Shown piece by piece: positions 1 to 12,920 of a stretch of 64,000 bases of DNA. Below the pieces are notes generated by a model that was given only the letters and a program-made list of their open reading frames with translations, had not been told where the DNA came from and did no database searches. Numbering within the stretch: the first letter of the stretch is position 1; each line of letters begins with the position of its first letter. The DNA is taken from positions 6,336,001 through 6,400,000 of the forward strand of contig OY762007.1 of the NCBI GenBank assembly GCA_963665115.1. The letters run 5' to 3'. The stretch comes from an uncultured Rivularia sp. (GTDB taxonomy: Bacteria; Cyanobacteriota; Cyanobacteriia; Cyanobacteriales; Nostocaceae). The position numbers and the translations under genes were made by a program.

Positions 1-3000
1 TATCTATACCACGTTCGACGCAGATTCCTACTCGCGTTTCTGGTTTTACTCCCAGTTTGATTAAATAGCGAGCGAGTTGATTGGATTTAATATTTAATTC
101 TTGATATGTAAATTGTTGATTCTCATCTACAACTGCAATACTATCGGGGGTTTTCTCAACTTGTGCAGCAAATAACTGATGAATAGTAGTTTGGGGATAA
201 CTTGCATGAGTTTGATTCCATTCAACAAGTAATTGCTGCTCTGTAACGGTTAATAAAGGTAATTCATATAGTTTTTGTTCGGGATTTGCAACTATTCCTT
301 CTAACAAAGTTTGCCAGTGTCCAATCATTCGTTCGATGGTGCTAGTTGCGAATAAATCCCGGTTATATTCAAAACTACCAATTAATCCGTTTTCCGTCTC
401 GCTCATAGCAAGGGTTAAATCAAATTTAGCCGTACCACTATCGCTATTAATCGGACTCCAGCTTAAATCTTCCAATGTCAACGTTTGGATCGGAGCATTT
501 TGTAAGAGAAACATTACCTGAAATAAAGGTGTATAACTCAAAGAACGCACTAACTGCAATTCATCTACTAACTGTTCAAAAGGTAAATCTTGATGAGCAT
601 AAGCTCCTAATGCTACATCCTTCACCCGTAGCAAAAGTTCCTTAAAGTTGGGATTTCCCGATAAATCGGTGCGGAGAGCAAGTGTATTTGCAAAACAACC
701 AATCAAACCTTCTAATTCACTGCGTTGACGATTGGCGATCGCACTTCCAATTACAATATCTTCACTGCCACTATAGCGATATAGTAAAGTTTTAAATGCA
801 GCTAATAACGTCATAAATAGCGTGCATCCCGACTTCTGACTCAACTGTTTTAAAGCTTGGGATAACGACCGAGGTAATTCAAATTTGATACTTCCACCCC
901 GCGCAGTTTGTACAGCAGGACGAGGATAATCTGTGGGTAATCCTAATAACTTGGGAGCATTTTGTAACTGATTCTGCCAGTAATTTAACTGATTTTCTCG
1001 GACTTCCTCTTGAAGGTAATTGCTTTGCCAAGCTGCAAAATCCGCGTATTGAATTGGTAATTCATTTAACCTCACCCCGTCTTTACGGACACCCCTCTCC
1101 TTGACAAGGAGAGGGGACGGGGGTGAGGTTTCCTCTTGATATATAAGAGCAACTTCTTTTACTAATACTCCCATTGACCAACCATCTGCAACAATATGAT
1201 GCAAAGTTATTAATATTACATGATTTTGGGAGTTTAGACGTAGTAATTTAACTCTTAATAAAGGAGGTTGATCGAGTTGAAAAGGTTGTTGTGCTTCTTG
1301 TTGTGCAATTTTTTCAACCTGTTCTTTTTGCACTATTTCTGTTAAATGACTTAAATCAATTACTTTTAAATTAAATTCATTTATAGATGATAATTGAGCG
1401 ACGGGTTTTCCTTCAACAGTGAGAAAAGCAGTACGTAAAACTTCGTGACGATTGAGAATTTCTTGAAAACTGCGCTCCAATCTGAAAATATCAAGTTCAC
1501 CGTTAATTTGTATCGCAGCAGGAATATTATAAAAAGGACTTTCCGGTTCGAGTTGAGATAAAAACCACTGACGTTGTTGAGCAAAGGAAATCGGTAACTT
1601 ATCTTGACGTTCGATTTTTTTAATTTCAGGTTGTGATAATTCCGATTTGCTCGTAGTAATAGCTTTAGCTATTCCTATAACCGTAGGAGTTTCAAACAAT
1701 TTTCTTAAAGGTAATTCTATCTTAAATACTTCTCGAATCTGAGAAATAGCACGAGTAGCGAGTAGAGAATGTCCTCCTAACTCAAAGAAATTATCATCAA
1801 CGCTAATTTTTTCAACTTCGAGAATATCCGACCAAATATTTACTAAAAGTTCTTCAATTGGATTACCAGGAGCAACAAAATTTTGTGATTGGATATGAAT
1901 TTGTTCTGGATTCGGTAAAGCTTTTCTATCAACTTTACGATTTGGGGTGAGGGGAAATTCTTCTAACACCATATAGTTAGAAGGAATCATATAACCAGGT
2001 AACTTACCTTGCAAAAATTGCCGTAATTCGCTTTGTGATATTTCTGATGATGGTATTACATAAGCAATTAATTTTTCATCATCTTGATTTTGATATAACG
2101 TCACCACCGCTTGTTTCACATTGGGATGCTGTATTAAAACGGATTCAATTTCTCCCAACTCAATCCGAAAACCACGCAATTTAACTTGATAATCAATTCT
2201 ACCTAAATATTCTAAATTTCCTTCAGGTAAATAGCGTACTAAGTCTCCAGTTTTGTATAACCTCACCCCGTCCTCTCGGACACCCTTCTCCTTACTAAGG
2301 AGAGGGGAAAGGGGTGAGGTTTTTTCCAAAAACGGATTCTTGATAAATTTTTCCGCTGTTAATTCTGGCTTATTTAAATAACCCTTTGCTAATCCCGCAC
2401 CACCAATATATAACTGTCCTGGAACACCAATCGGAACGGGTTGTAAATAATCGTTTAAAACGTAAAATTGGGTATTATTAATTGGTTTACCAATAAAAAC
2501 AGATGCAGGGACATTCTGGGAGACGTTATGTATAACGTCTCTACACTGTGCTACAGATGACCAAATAGTTGCTTCCGTAGGACCATATAAATTCCATACT
2601 TCTTTGCTACGTTCTAATAATTCTTCTGCTATTTTTATATCTAAAGCTTCCCCACCACAAAGCACTTTTAATTGCTGATTACCCTTCCATCCTGCTGTTA
2701 ACAATAATCTCCAAGTCGCAGGAGTAGCTTGCATTATTGTTACTTGATTATCTGCTAAACTTTGCTTTAAAAGTCTTGCATCAGTTGTAGTTTCTCTGCT
2801 AGCAATTATTAAACGCGAACCTGTAATTAAAGGTAAATATAATTCTAATCCAGCAATATCAAAAGATAACGTTGTCACCGATAGTAAAATATCATTTGAT
2901 GTAATTCCTGGTTGCTGCTGCATTGATTCGAGACAGTTAACTAAAGCGGAATGCAAAATTTCCACACCTTTTGGTTTACCCGTGGAACCGGAAGTGTAGA

Positions 3001-4990
3001 TAATATAAGCTAAATGTTCGGGGGTTGTTTGAATTGCTAGATTTTCAGAAGGTTGTTTTTCAATAAATTCCCAATCGTTATCAAAATTAATAACCTCACC
3101 CCGATAAAGCTGCGCTTTATCACCCCTCTCCTTGTCAAGGAGAGGGGTTGTAGATTCTTCTCCTGTTCCCCTCTCCTTAATAAGGAGAGGGGCTAGGGGT
3201 GAGGTTCGAGATTCTGTGACTAAAAAACCCACCCCCGAATCTTCCAACATAAACCTCAAACGTTCTTCGGGAAAAGCTGGATCTAAAGGAATATAAGTCC
3301 CACCCGCTTTCAAAATACCCAATAAACCCACAAGCATTTTTTCAGAACGTTCCAAACAAATCCCTACTTTCGTTTCCCTTCTCACACCAACGGATTTTAA
3401 ATAATGAGCAAGTTGATTTGCTTTTTGGTTTAATTCTTTATATGTAAACTGTTGCAATTCAAATACAACCGCAATTTTATCTGGTGTTTTCTGTGCTTGT
3501 GCTTCAAATAGTTGATGAATACAAAGCTTTGAATAATCACAACTTGTATTGTTCCATTCAAGCAGTAACTGCTGTTGTTCAAGGGGTGTTAATAAAGGTA
3601 GTTCGCAAATATTTTGTTCTGGATTCGCGACAATTGCTGTTAACAAAGTTTCAAAATGACCGATAATTCTTTTAATCGTCTCTACAGCAAATAAATCGGT
3701 GTTGTATTCAAAAATTCCTGTCAAACCTGAAGCTGTTTCATACATATCTAGACTCAAATCAAATCTGGATGTTTCATGTTCTGGTTCGAGATATTTTAAT
3801 GATAATCCAGATAAATCTATTGTTTGTGTGGGTGTGTTGTGAAGAATGAACATTACCTGAAACAATGGATTATAACTAAGATTTCTTTCTGGTTGTAGCT
3901 GCTCTACTAAATACTCGTAGGGTAATTCCTGATTTGCGTATGCGTTTAAGGTAACGTCTCGAACTTGTTGGAGGAAATTAGTAAAGCTAGGATTATCTGA
4001 TAAATTGGTACGGAAAATCAGGTTATTAACAAATAATCCGATTAAATTGCTTATTTCAGCGCGATTTTCTCGATTTGTAATTGTAGAACCAATCAGTATA
4101 TCTTCTTGATTGCTATAGCGATAAAGTAATACTTTAAACACTGCAAGCAATGTCATGAATAGTGTAGTATTTTGTGATTGACTAAGCTTTTTGAGAGCAT
4201 TTGATAAGTCTTGGGAAAGCAAAAAAGATGCTCTAGCACCCTGAAATCTTTGTACGGGGGGACGGGGATAGTCGGTAGGTAAATTTAATAAAGGAGGATA
4301 ATGCGCTAAATTTTTCTGCCAGTATTCTAATTGAGTAGCGCGTTTTTCACTTTTCAACCATTCTTGTTCCCAAGTCGCATAATCACCATATTGAACGGGT
4401 AATTCTGTTAGTTTTGCTGTTTCTCCTTTGGCTAAGGATTGATAACTAATTGCTAATTCTCGGATTAATAATCGCATCGAATAATAATCTGAGATGATGT
4501 GATGCATTGTAAATAACAACACATTTTCTTCGGAATTCAATTTAATTAATTTTGCTCGGAATAAAGGAGCTTGAGATAAATCAAATGGTTGTGTAGCTGT
4601 TTCTTTAATTTGCTGCTTTACTTCTTTTTCTTGCTGCTCGGTTGGTAATACTTGTAAGTCAATTAAAGGAAATTGTAAATTTAATTTATGACAAAATTGC
4701 TGTATCGGTTCGTCTTTTACTACCGTAAAACTAGAGCGTAATACTTCATGACGCTGAATTATTTGATTGAGACTTTTTTGTAAAGCAATAATATTAAGAG
4801 AACCAGTTAAACATAAAGCTGCGGGAATATTGTATGCTGATAATTCTGGTTGGAGCTTATCGAGAAACCATAGCCTTTTTTGAGCAAAAGATAGGGGAAA
4901 GTTTTGAGGTTTGTTGGCTTTTTGTTGGAGAAGTTTGGCTAGTAGTTGACGCTTTTGTTCTGGAGAGAGGTTTTCTAAAGATTTAGACAT
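1..4990 (-). CDS. NRPS, C-A(Gly)-T-C-A(partial); continues past the left window edge
   Basis: Not in the ORF track because there is no stop in the window. ATG at 4990 (MSKSLENLSPEQKRQLLAKLL). The same frame holds at spot-checked motifs HHIVADGWS (~1200), LYKTGD (~2260) and KLGVKPETRVGICVER at the edge. Also HHIISDYYS (~4500), YTSGSTGKPKG (~2990), GGHSLL (~1770). A-domain code read as DILQLGLIWK (Gly). Confidence 0.93.
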   Translation of the reverse strand, partial: MSKSLENLSPEQKRQLLAKLLQQKANKPQNFPLSFAQKRLWFLDKLQPELSAYNIPAALCLTGSLNIIALQKSLNQIIQRHEVLRSSFTVVKDEPIQQFCHKLNLQFPLIDLQVLPTEQQEKEVKQQIKETATQPFDLSQAPLFRAKLIKLNSEENVLLFTMHHIISDYYSMRLLIRELAISYQSLAKGETAKLTELPVQYGDYATWEQEWLKSEKRATQLEYWQKNLAHYPPLLNLPTDYPRPPVQRFQGARASFLLSQDLSNALKKLSQSQNTTLFMTLLAVFKVLLYRYSNQEDILIGSTITNRENRAEISNLIGLFVNNLIFRTNLSDNPSFTNFLQQVRDVTLNAYANQELPYEYLVEQLQPERNLSYNPLFQVMFILHNTPTQTIDLSGLSLKYLEPEHETSRFDLSLDMYETASGLTGIFEYNTDLFAVETIKRIIGHFETLLTAIVANPEQNICELPLLTPLEQQQLLLEWNNTSCDYSKLCIHQLFEAQAQKTPDKIAVVFELQQFTYKELNQKANQLAHYLKSVGVRRETKVGICLERSEKMLVGLLGILKAGGTYIPLDPAFPEERLRFMLEDSGVGFLVTESRTSPLAPLLIKERGTGEESTTPLLDKERGDKAQLYRGEVINFDNDWEFIEKQPSENLAIQTTPEHLAYIIYTSGSTGKPKGVEILHSALVNCLESMQQQPGITSNDILLSVTTLSFDIAGLELYLPLITGSRLIIASRETTTDARLLKQSLADNQVTIMQATPATWRLLLTAGWKGNQQLKVLCGGEALDIKIAEELLERSKEVWNLYGPTEATIWSSVAQCRDVIHNVSQNVPASVFIGKPINNTQFYVLNDYLQPVPIGVPGQLYIGGAGLAKGYLNKPELTAEKFIKNPFLEKTSPLSPLLSKEKGVREDGVRLYKTGDLVRYLPEGNLEYLGRIDYQVKLRGFRIELGEIESVLIQHPNVKQAVVTLYQNQDDEKLIAYVIPSSEISQSELRQFLQGKLPGYMIPSNYMVLEEFPLTPNRKVDRKALPNPEQIHIQSQNFVAPGNPIEELLVNIWSDILEVEKISVDDNFFELGGHSLLATRAISQIREVFKIELPLRKLFETPTVIGIAKAITTSKSELSQPEIKKIERQDKLPISFAQQRQWFLSQLEPESPFYNIPAAIQINGELDIFRLERSFQEILNRHEVLRTAFLTVEGKPVAQLSSINEFNLKVIDLSHLTEIVQKEQVEKIAQQEAQQPFQLDQPPLLRVKLLRLNSQNHVILITLHHIVADGWSMGVLVKEVALIYQEETSPPSPLLVKERGVRKDGVRLNELPIQYADFAAWQSNYLQEEVRENQLNYWQNQLQNAPKLLGLPTDYPRPAVQTARGGSIKFELPRSLSQALKQLSQKSGCTLFMTLLAAFKTLLYRYSGSEDIVIGSAIANRQRSELEGLIGCFANTLALRTDLSGNPNFKELLLRVKDVALGAYAHQDLPFEQLVDELQLVRSLSYTPLFQVMFLLQNAPIQTLTLEDLSWSPINSDSGTAKFDLTLAMSETENGLIGSFEYNRDLFATSTIERMIGHWQTLLEGIVANPEQKLYELPLLTVTEQQLLVEWNQTHASYPQTTIHQLFAAQVEKTPDSIAVVDENQQFTYQELNIKSNQLARYLIKLGVKPETRVGICVERGID

Positions 4991-5036
4991 TTTTTAATTT
5001 TTTAATAATTATAAGCATATTTTTTAACGCAATATT

Positions 5037-5200
5037 GTAGGTTGGGTTAGGCACATTTATAGTTATAGTTTTTTACGAAAATTTATATTTGTGCCGTAAC
5101 CCAACATCTTTTATTTATAGATTATCGTGTTGGGTTACGACAGGATTGTTACAAATTTTCGTTACATATTTAAATGCTTTTCCTGTCTAACCCAACCTAC
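5037..5200. repeat. REPIN-like element (GTAGGTTGGGTT family) between NRPS genes
   Basis: gtaggttgggttaggcac...gtgccgtaacccaac ... gttgggttacgacagga...tcctgtctaacccaacctac. Confidence 0.72.
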
Positions 5201-5217
5201 AAACTACAAACTATTCC

Positions 5218-8200
5218 CTATTCCTCCATCATCTGTTTTAATAATGCATCAACATCTTCTTCTGAAATTTCTTCGAGGTTTTCTAATATCTCTTTATTGT
5301 TATTTCGTTCAACTTTTTTAATTGTTTCTACATTCTTTAAAGTTTGTTTTGGTTGCTGTTCAATTACTTGCGCTTGCTCTAAAATTGTGGGAGCTTCAAA
5401 GAAGTGACGGATTGTAATTTCTACTTGAAAGGTTTGTCGCATTTGGGTAATTACTTGAGTTGCTGATAAGGAATTACCACCCAACTCGAAGAAATTATCA
5501 TGAATTCCGATTTGTTCGAGCTTAAGAGCATTTTGCCAAATTTGTGCGATCGCCTTTTCTAATTCCGTCTTAGCTGCTACATATTCTACATTTATTTGTC
5601 CGTGTAATTGCGGTTTTGGTAAGGCTTTACGGTCGATTTTACCATTGCTTGTTAATGGTAATGTATCTAATAGCATATAGTGAGATGGCACCATATAATC
5701 GGGAAGTTTTTGTTGGATATATTGACGCAATCTTTCCGATATTGACATTGACTGTTGGGGTTCGGATGACATCCATTTTTGCGTCCAAGTTGGGTCAATT
5801 TTTCCACCAACAAAGCTATGTAATAAAATTTGACTGGATTCTAAATTAAACCATTCTCGTATACTTTCAAATTCTAATACTCCGATGGGACATAAACCAA
5901 TATCAAAATCTGGTGCTGTTTCCATCAATAGTTGACTGATATAACCAGCTTCTAATAAACAAAAATCTCTCGCTTTATCACCATAAACGGGAGTAATTGC
6001 TGCTAGTTTCTGCTATTAGGAATAACGAAAAGCCAGATTCTGCAAAAATTTCTTGATTGCTGCTGTAAACCTGATTATCAACAACTGATTCTTGATGGAG
6101 TAAAGTTAAATTATGCTTTGCGGGATGATAATAATAAATTCCTGCTTCTAATCCTTCAATGCGGTTATTTTTAACGTGTAAATAAGCTTGTACCGGATAG
6201 AGACTACCAGCAGAACCGTAACGATATTTTGGTAGTGGAGAATCCTTTAATTGCATTTGCGCTAAACTACCAATCCACTGACTAAATTGGTTTAAATTAA
6301 TCGGTTTTTCGAGAAAATGACGGTAACTTTGTCGTCTTAAATAAGCTTGATTTGTATTTTCATCCCGTTCCAGTTGTGGGAGTTCAATAATTTTTTCATC
6401 TTCATCTTTACGAATACCAAGTTGCTGTAATTTAAAATCAATTTTTTCTACAGGATTGGGGACAATATAAGCTACTAATTGTTTATTTTCAAAATCACCT
6501 ATAGCAGTAACAACCGCTTCTTGAATCAAAGGATTTTTGAGCAATACTGTTTCAATTTCCCCTAATTCAATCCGATAACCATTTACTTTTACCTGAAAAT
6601 CTTCTCTTCCCAAAAATTCGATGCTACCATCTGGGAGATATCTTCCTAAGTCTCCGGTTTTGTAAAGATTGGAGGGGGTAGAGGGGGTAGAGGGGGTAGA
6701 AAACGGATTTGAGATAAATTTTTCTGCTGTTAATTCTGGTTGATTTAAATATCCTTGTGCTAATCCAATTCCACCGATATAAAGTTGTCCTGTTACCCAA
6801 ATCGGACAGGGTTCCATTGCTTTGTTTAATACATAAAACTGTTGATTAGTCAATGGATAACCGTAAGGAATACTCTTCCAACTGGGATTGATTTCTTTGA
6901 TAGGATAAGCAATCGACCAAATAGAAGCTTCTGTTGCTCCACCCAAACTAATAATTTCTGCATTTGCAAACCTACTCCAAATTCTTTCGGGTAGATTCAA
7001 AGGTATCCAATCACCGCTGATCAATACCAAACGTAAGGAATCTGCTTTTTGTTCAACTGATTCTAAATGTTCTACTAATAACTGCATCAAAGCTGGAACA
7101 GAATTCCAAATTGTTACTGAATATTCATGTATTAATTTTTCCCAATGTGCGGGGGTCTTTTGCTAAATCCGCATCGGGAATAACTATAGTTGCTCCTGCG
7201 GCTAAGGTTCCGAAAATATCATATACAGATAAGTCGAAACTCAAGGAAGATAAGGCTAAAACCGAATCTTTTTCTGTGATTCCAAAGCGTTGATTAATAT
7301 CCAAAATTGTATTAACCGCACCTTGATGACTAATCATTACACCTTTCGGTAATCCCGTAGAGCCAGAGGTGTAGATTGTGTATGCGAGAGCGGAGGGGGC
7401 AGAGGGAGCGGAGGGGGCAGAGGGAGATTTGATTAGAATTCTTGTAATATCATCTTCCCATTCCAAGGTGTTATCTAACCAGGGTTGGGTGACGACGTAT
7501 TCAATTTGTGCTTGTTGGAGTATTTGCAAGCGTCTTTCTTTGGGTAATTCTGGATCTATGGGAACGTATGCTGCACCTGCTGTTAATATTCCTAAGACTG
7601 CTACTATTTGTTCCCAACCTTTGGACATTACAACTGCTATTAGTTGATTTTGTTGTACTCCTAGTTGTTGTAACTCTAGCGCTAGGGTTTTGCTGTAGTT
7701 GCTCAATTCTTGATAAGTCAAGCTTTTATTTGAGGTAACTATTGCTTGTTTGTCGGGATTTAGCGCAACTCTATCAAAGAATAATTGGTGTAAAAGCGGT
7801 TGTGTATCTACTAAATCAGCTTCTGTAGCGTTTACTTGTGTAAGTGTTTCAAGTTGTGCTGATGGTAATAGTTTTCTGGTAGTATTTTGCCATTCTGCTT
7901 CATTCTCTAAACTTTCTAGAAAATTACTATAGCTAGCAAACATATCATTGAGCATTCCATCGGGAAATAGTTCGTCAATGGTATCCCAGTTATAAACTAA
8001 GGCTCCGTTAATTTCGGAAACTTGATGATCGAGGTAAACTTGGGATGTTTGACTCACACTGTAGACGACTTCTCCTTCCCAATTCCGATTTCTAGATGAT
8101 TCTTCGGAATTATTTTGCGTCAGGGTGCTGGTAAATACAACGGGCATTAATGCGCCAGTCATTCGTTGTTTAGTGCGAGCTAATTGCCGTAATACTTCAA

Positions 8201-11200
8201 CTCCACTGACGTAACGGTTATCTAAATCCTCCCATAGTTGCGCTTGAATTTTTTGTGCTACTGTCGCAAATGTATCTTTAGCGCTATTATTTATTTCTAA
8301 TAATGTTGATGAGGTGAAATCTCCAACTAATTGATTTACTTGGGGATGTAAAGGTTGACGATTGAAAAGGGTTAAATTTAAAGTAAATTGCGGATTATTG
8401 CTCCAAAATGTCAAAATTTCCGCAAAAGCTGCCAGCAATAAACCCGAAGGAGTAATATTATTTTGAGTTGCACGCTGTTTGATTTTCCCCCACAATTCTG
8501 GGTTTAAGGTATGGGTACGACGAATAAAGCGAGGTTTTTCTATAGCGCTAGGGTTTTTCTGTAGCGGTAGTTGAGGAGAAGCTGGTAAAGTAGCAAGTCG
8601 ATTTTGCCAATAATTTAGAGATTGTTTATATTTATCGGAATTGCGAAATTCTTTTTCAGCTAAGACGTAATCTCGGAAGGATATTTCTAAAGGTGGAAAA
8701 TCTCTCCCTAACCCTCTCTTACCAAAAGAGAAAATTGATTTTTGCTGAATTAACATGACTAACTCTAGCGCTAGGATTTGTAAACTCCAAGCATCACCCA
8801 TCAAGACATCAAAACTAATTAAAAATCTGACTCTCTCATCCGACAACAACACAGCTTGAATATCAAATAAAGGATATTTATCTGTTGATAACACCTGATG
8901 AGAAAGCTTATCCCGTAAATTTGTTAATTCCCTATCAATCTCTTCCCGAGATGAACAACGTAAATCGGATATTTTAATCTGATACGGTGGTACTTCCGGT
9001 AGAATTCGCTGTTTACCGTCAGATTCCACAATTACCCGCAGCATATCATGACGGTTAATCAACTGCTGCCAAGCTTGCTCAACCTGCTCAACACTTAACC
9101 CCACCGTTTCAATTTCTCGATAACCGTGAGTAGAAACATTTCCCAACTCAAAAGCTTGATTTCGTCCAATCCAATAAGCTTGTTGAATGTCAGTTAAGGG
9201 AAAAGGTTCGTAACGTTGATTTAAATTTGGTACGAGTTTGGGTAACTGCGAACTTGATGCTACTTGATTATTTTCTACTTGCTCAACCAATCCCGCAACG
9301 GTTGGATTTTGGAACAAACCACGTAAAGGAATATCAACTTGTAAACTCTCGTTAATAAGAGCAATTATTTTGATTCCTAGTAAAGAATGTCCCCCCAACT
9401 CAAAGAAATTATCGTTTAAACCAACTTGTTCTACATTTAATTCATCTTGCCAAATTTTGGCGATCGCCTTTTCAATTTCCGTGAGTGGTTTAACAAAAGT
9501 CGTCTCTAATTCCGGATTTAAAGCTAATGGTTTGATTAAGGCACGCCGATTTATCTTACCATTTGGCAAACGCGGTAATTCATCCAACTCCACGAAAGCA
9601 GAAGGAATCATGTAAACCGGAAGTCTTTCTGACAAAAACTGACGAAGAGAAATTGATATTTGATTATCTTTATTTTCAAAATCCTTAAATACAACATAAG
9701 CAATCAACAGCTTATTTTCTTCCTCTTCCACAACAGTCACGACACATTCTTGCATTTGTGGATGTTGACTCAAAACCGCTTCAATTTCACCAATTTCAAT
9801 CCGATATCCCCGAATTTTGACCTGACTATCTAACCTACCAATATATTCAATATTTCCATTGGGGAGGTAACGTACTAAATCGCCAGTTTTGTAAAGAGCA
9901 GAGGGAGCGGAGGGAGCGGAGGGAGCGGAGGAAGCGGAGGAAGCAGAGGGAGCGGAGGGAGCAGGGGTAGAAGAAAACGGATTGGGAATGAATTTATCTG
10001 CGGTTAATTCTGGTTTATTAAGATATCCGCGCATTAAACCCGCACCACCAAGATATAATTCACCAATTACACCCACGGGAACAGGTTGTAGATAACTATC
10101 GAGGATGTAGGTTTGAGTATTCGCAATTGGAAAACCAATCGGAGGAGTGGGGGTAGAGGGGGAAGAGGGGGTAGAGGGGGTAGAGGGGGAAGAAATTTGT
10201 CTCCTTGTCTCCTTGTCACCTTGTCCCCCAACTAATGCATAAGTAGAATAAGTCGTATCCTCACTAGGGCCATATAAATTAAATATTTGCTGAATCTGGG
10301 GATGTTTTTGTTCGAGTTGCTTTACTAAACTCCATTGCAAAGCTTCTCCAGCTAAGTTAATGGTATTAACTAATTGTGGAATTGCATTCAGACGAGATAA
10401 TTGAGAAATTGCGCTTGGTACGGTATTTATTGCGGTTACTTGGGAAGCACCTGGTAAATCTATTAATTCTAAAACGTTTTCTACCAGGATAATTTTTCCA
10501 CCCCAACTTAAGGGTACAAATAATTCAAATACCGATAAGTCAAAGCAAATCGAAGTTGAAGCTAACATCCCGGCAATAACTTCATCATTAAATACTTCCC
10601 TTGCCCAATGCAATAACGTCACAGTACTTTGATGAGCGATCGCAACTCCTTTGGGTTTACCTGTAGAGCCGGAGGTGTAAATTAAATATGCTAGGTTGTC
10701 TGGTGTAACTTCGCTTTTGGGATTATCTGTGCTGTATAGAGCAATTTTTTGCCAATCATTAAATAACCTCACCCCGTCCTGACGGACACCCCTCTCCTTC
10801 AGGTCAGGAGAAGAAAAGCTTTTTCCGGCTCTCCTCTCCTTAATAAGGAGAGGGGCTGGGGGTGAGGTTTCCGAGGTTTCCGTCAATAAAATTTCTATTT
10901 GAGCATCTTTAATAATATATTCTGTGCGAGCTTCTGGATAAGTTGGATCTAAAGGAACATAAGCAGCACCAGCTTTGAGAATACCTAAAATACCAATTAC
11001 TAATTCTAAATTTCTTTCTAAATAAACCCCAACTTTCGACTCTGGTTTTACACCCAATGTTTGTAAATAATGAGCAAGTTGATTTGCACGATTATTTAAT
11101 TCTCTATAAGTTAACTGACAATCATCATGAACAAGCGCAATTGCATCAGGGGTTTTTTCGACTTGGTTTTCAAATAACTCATGAATACACAAACCACTTT

Positions 11201-12713
11201 CATACTCGCGCTGTGTTTGATTCCATTCCCACAATATTTGTTTTGATTCTGCTTTCGTCAACAAGGGTAAATTACCAATTTGACAATCGGGATTTTCAAC
11301 AATTCCCTCTAACAATACCCGAAAATGTTCTACAAAACGGATAATTGTTTCTTCGTCAAATAAATCGCTGCTATATTCAACTTGTCCACAAATACCTTTT
11401 TCCGAATCCTGTAAATTTAACCGTAATTCATATTTTACAAATTCTTGTTCGTATGCATCTCTTTCTACCGTCAAACCGTTTAATTCTAAAGGTTTAACTG
11501 TAGCCAACTGTAAATCAAACTTCACCTGAAACAACGGCATCATTTGACTAAAATCGCGGTTGGGATTGAGGATTTCTACTAACTTTTCAAATGGTAAATC
11601 CTTGTGAGCAAAAGCCCCTAAAACGACTTCCCTAACTCGCTGTAATAATTCCCGAAATGTGGGATTTTGGGATACATCTGTTCGCAATACTAAAGTATTT
11701 ACCAATAAACCAATTAAAGGTTCCACTTCAGTGCGATCGCGATTTGCAATATCCGTTCCGACAACAATATCATCTTGATGGGTGTAGCGATGCAGCAACA
11801 CTTGAAAAGCAGTTAACAGCATCGTAAACAGCGTCACTCCGGATTTAGCACTTAAATTCCGCAGTTGTTCTGATAAACTTTGAGAAAGACTTAGAGGATA
11901 ATGTGCGCCTTTATAACTTGGTACTGGTAATCTTTTGCGATCGGTAGGTAATTCTAATACCGAAAGATTATTTAATTTTTCTTTCCAATAATTAGTTTGG
12001 GTTTCTAAAACCTCACCTTGTAACCATTGACGCTGCCAAATTGCAAAATCACCATATTGAATCGGTAATTCATTTAACGGGTTTTTCGTTGCATCTCCTC
12101 CGGAGATAGTTTGATTATTACAAAAAGCATTATAAAGTGTTGAAAGTTCTCTTAAAAATACTCCAATTGACCAACGGTCGGATATGATGTGATGGGTAGT
12201 AATTAATAAAATATTTTCAAACTCGCTTAATCTGAGCAAGATAAGTCGTAATAGAGGTTTAGTTAAATCAAAAGGAGATTCATAAGCATTTCTAACCAAT
12301 TTATTTATAGTATCAACATTTGCTTCTAAACCTTCCAAATCTATCACAGGTAAACTGAATTTTTCGGGTAAAGCAATCTTTTGAACTGGTTCTTTTTGAG
12401 AATTACTTATAAAAGTAGTGCGAAGAGCTTCATGTCTTCTGATGATTTCCGAAAGCGATTTTTCTAAAACTGATATATTTAATTTACCCTTTAATTTAAG
12501 AGCGCTAGGAACATTATAAGTACTGCTTTCTGATTCAAGCTGTTGAATAAACCACAAACGCTGTTGAGCAAAAGATAAAGGTAATTCATCCCCAGATTCT
12601 CGTGGATAAATTTGATTATCAGCAATTACTATTCCTTTTTCCCTAAGACGACGTTTAAATAGTTTACGTTGTTCGGGAGACAGTTTTGCAAGTTGTTCGT
12701 AAATATTATCCAT
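5218..12713 (-). CDS. NRPS C-A(Ala)-T-Cy-A(Cys) with embedded Ox-T (thiazole-forming), ~2497 aa after repairing two +1 frameshifts
   Basis: ORFs 7125..12713, 5978..7090 and 5218..5928 join on removing one G at 7151-7155 (gives KDPAHWEKL...IWNSVPALM) and one T at 6007-6009 (gives AELAAITPVYGDKARDFCLLEAGY). Motifs: HHIISDRWS; code DLFNNALTYK (Ala); Cy DVLMGDAWS; code DLYNLSLIWK (Cys); nitroreductase-type Ox RRQSYRHF / SAGSLYP inside the A domain; T GGHSL and GGNSL. Confidence 0.9.
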
Positions 12714-12920
12714 ATCGGGAGTTATGAGTTTGGCAACGGATGGAGTTAGGAGTTAATTAGAAGATTACTGAATTAAAAAAACCGCAGAGACGCACAGAGC
12801 GCAGAGCAAAGAAGTTTCATAGAGTGTAGAGACGTAGCAGTGCTACGTCTGTTAGGAGTTAGGAGTTATGAGTTATGAATTTTCTACCCCCTCTCCCCCT
12901 CTCCCCCTCTCCCCCCTCTC

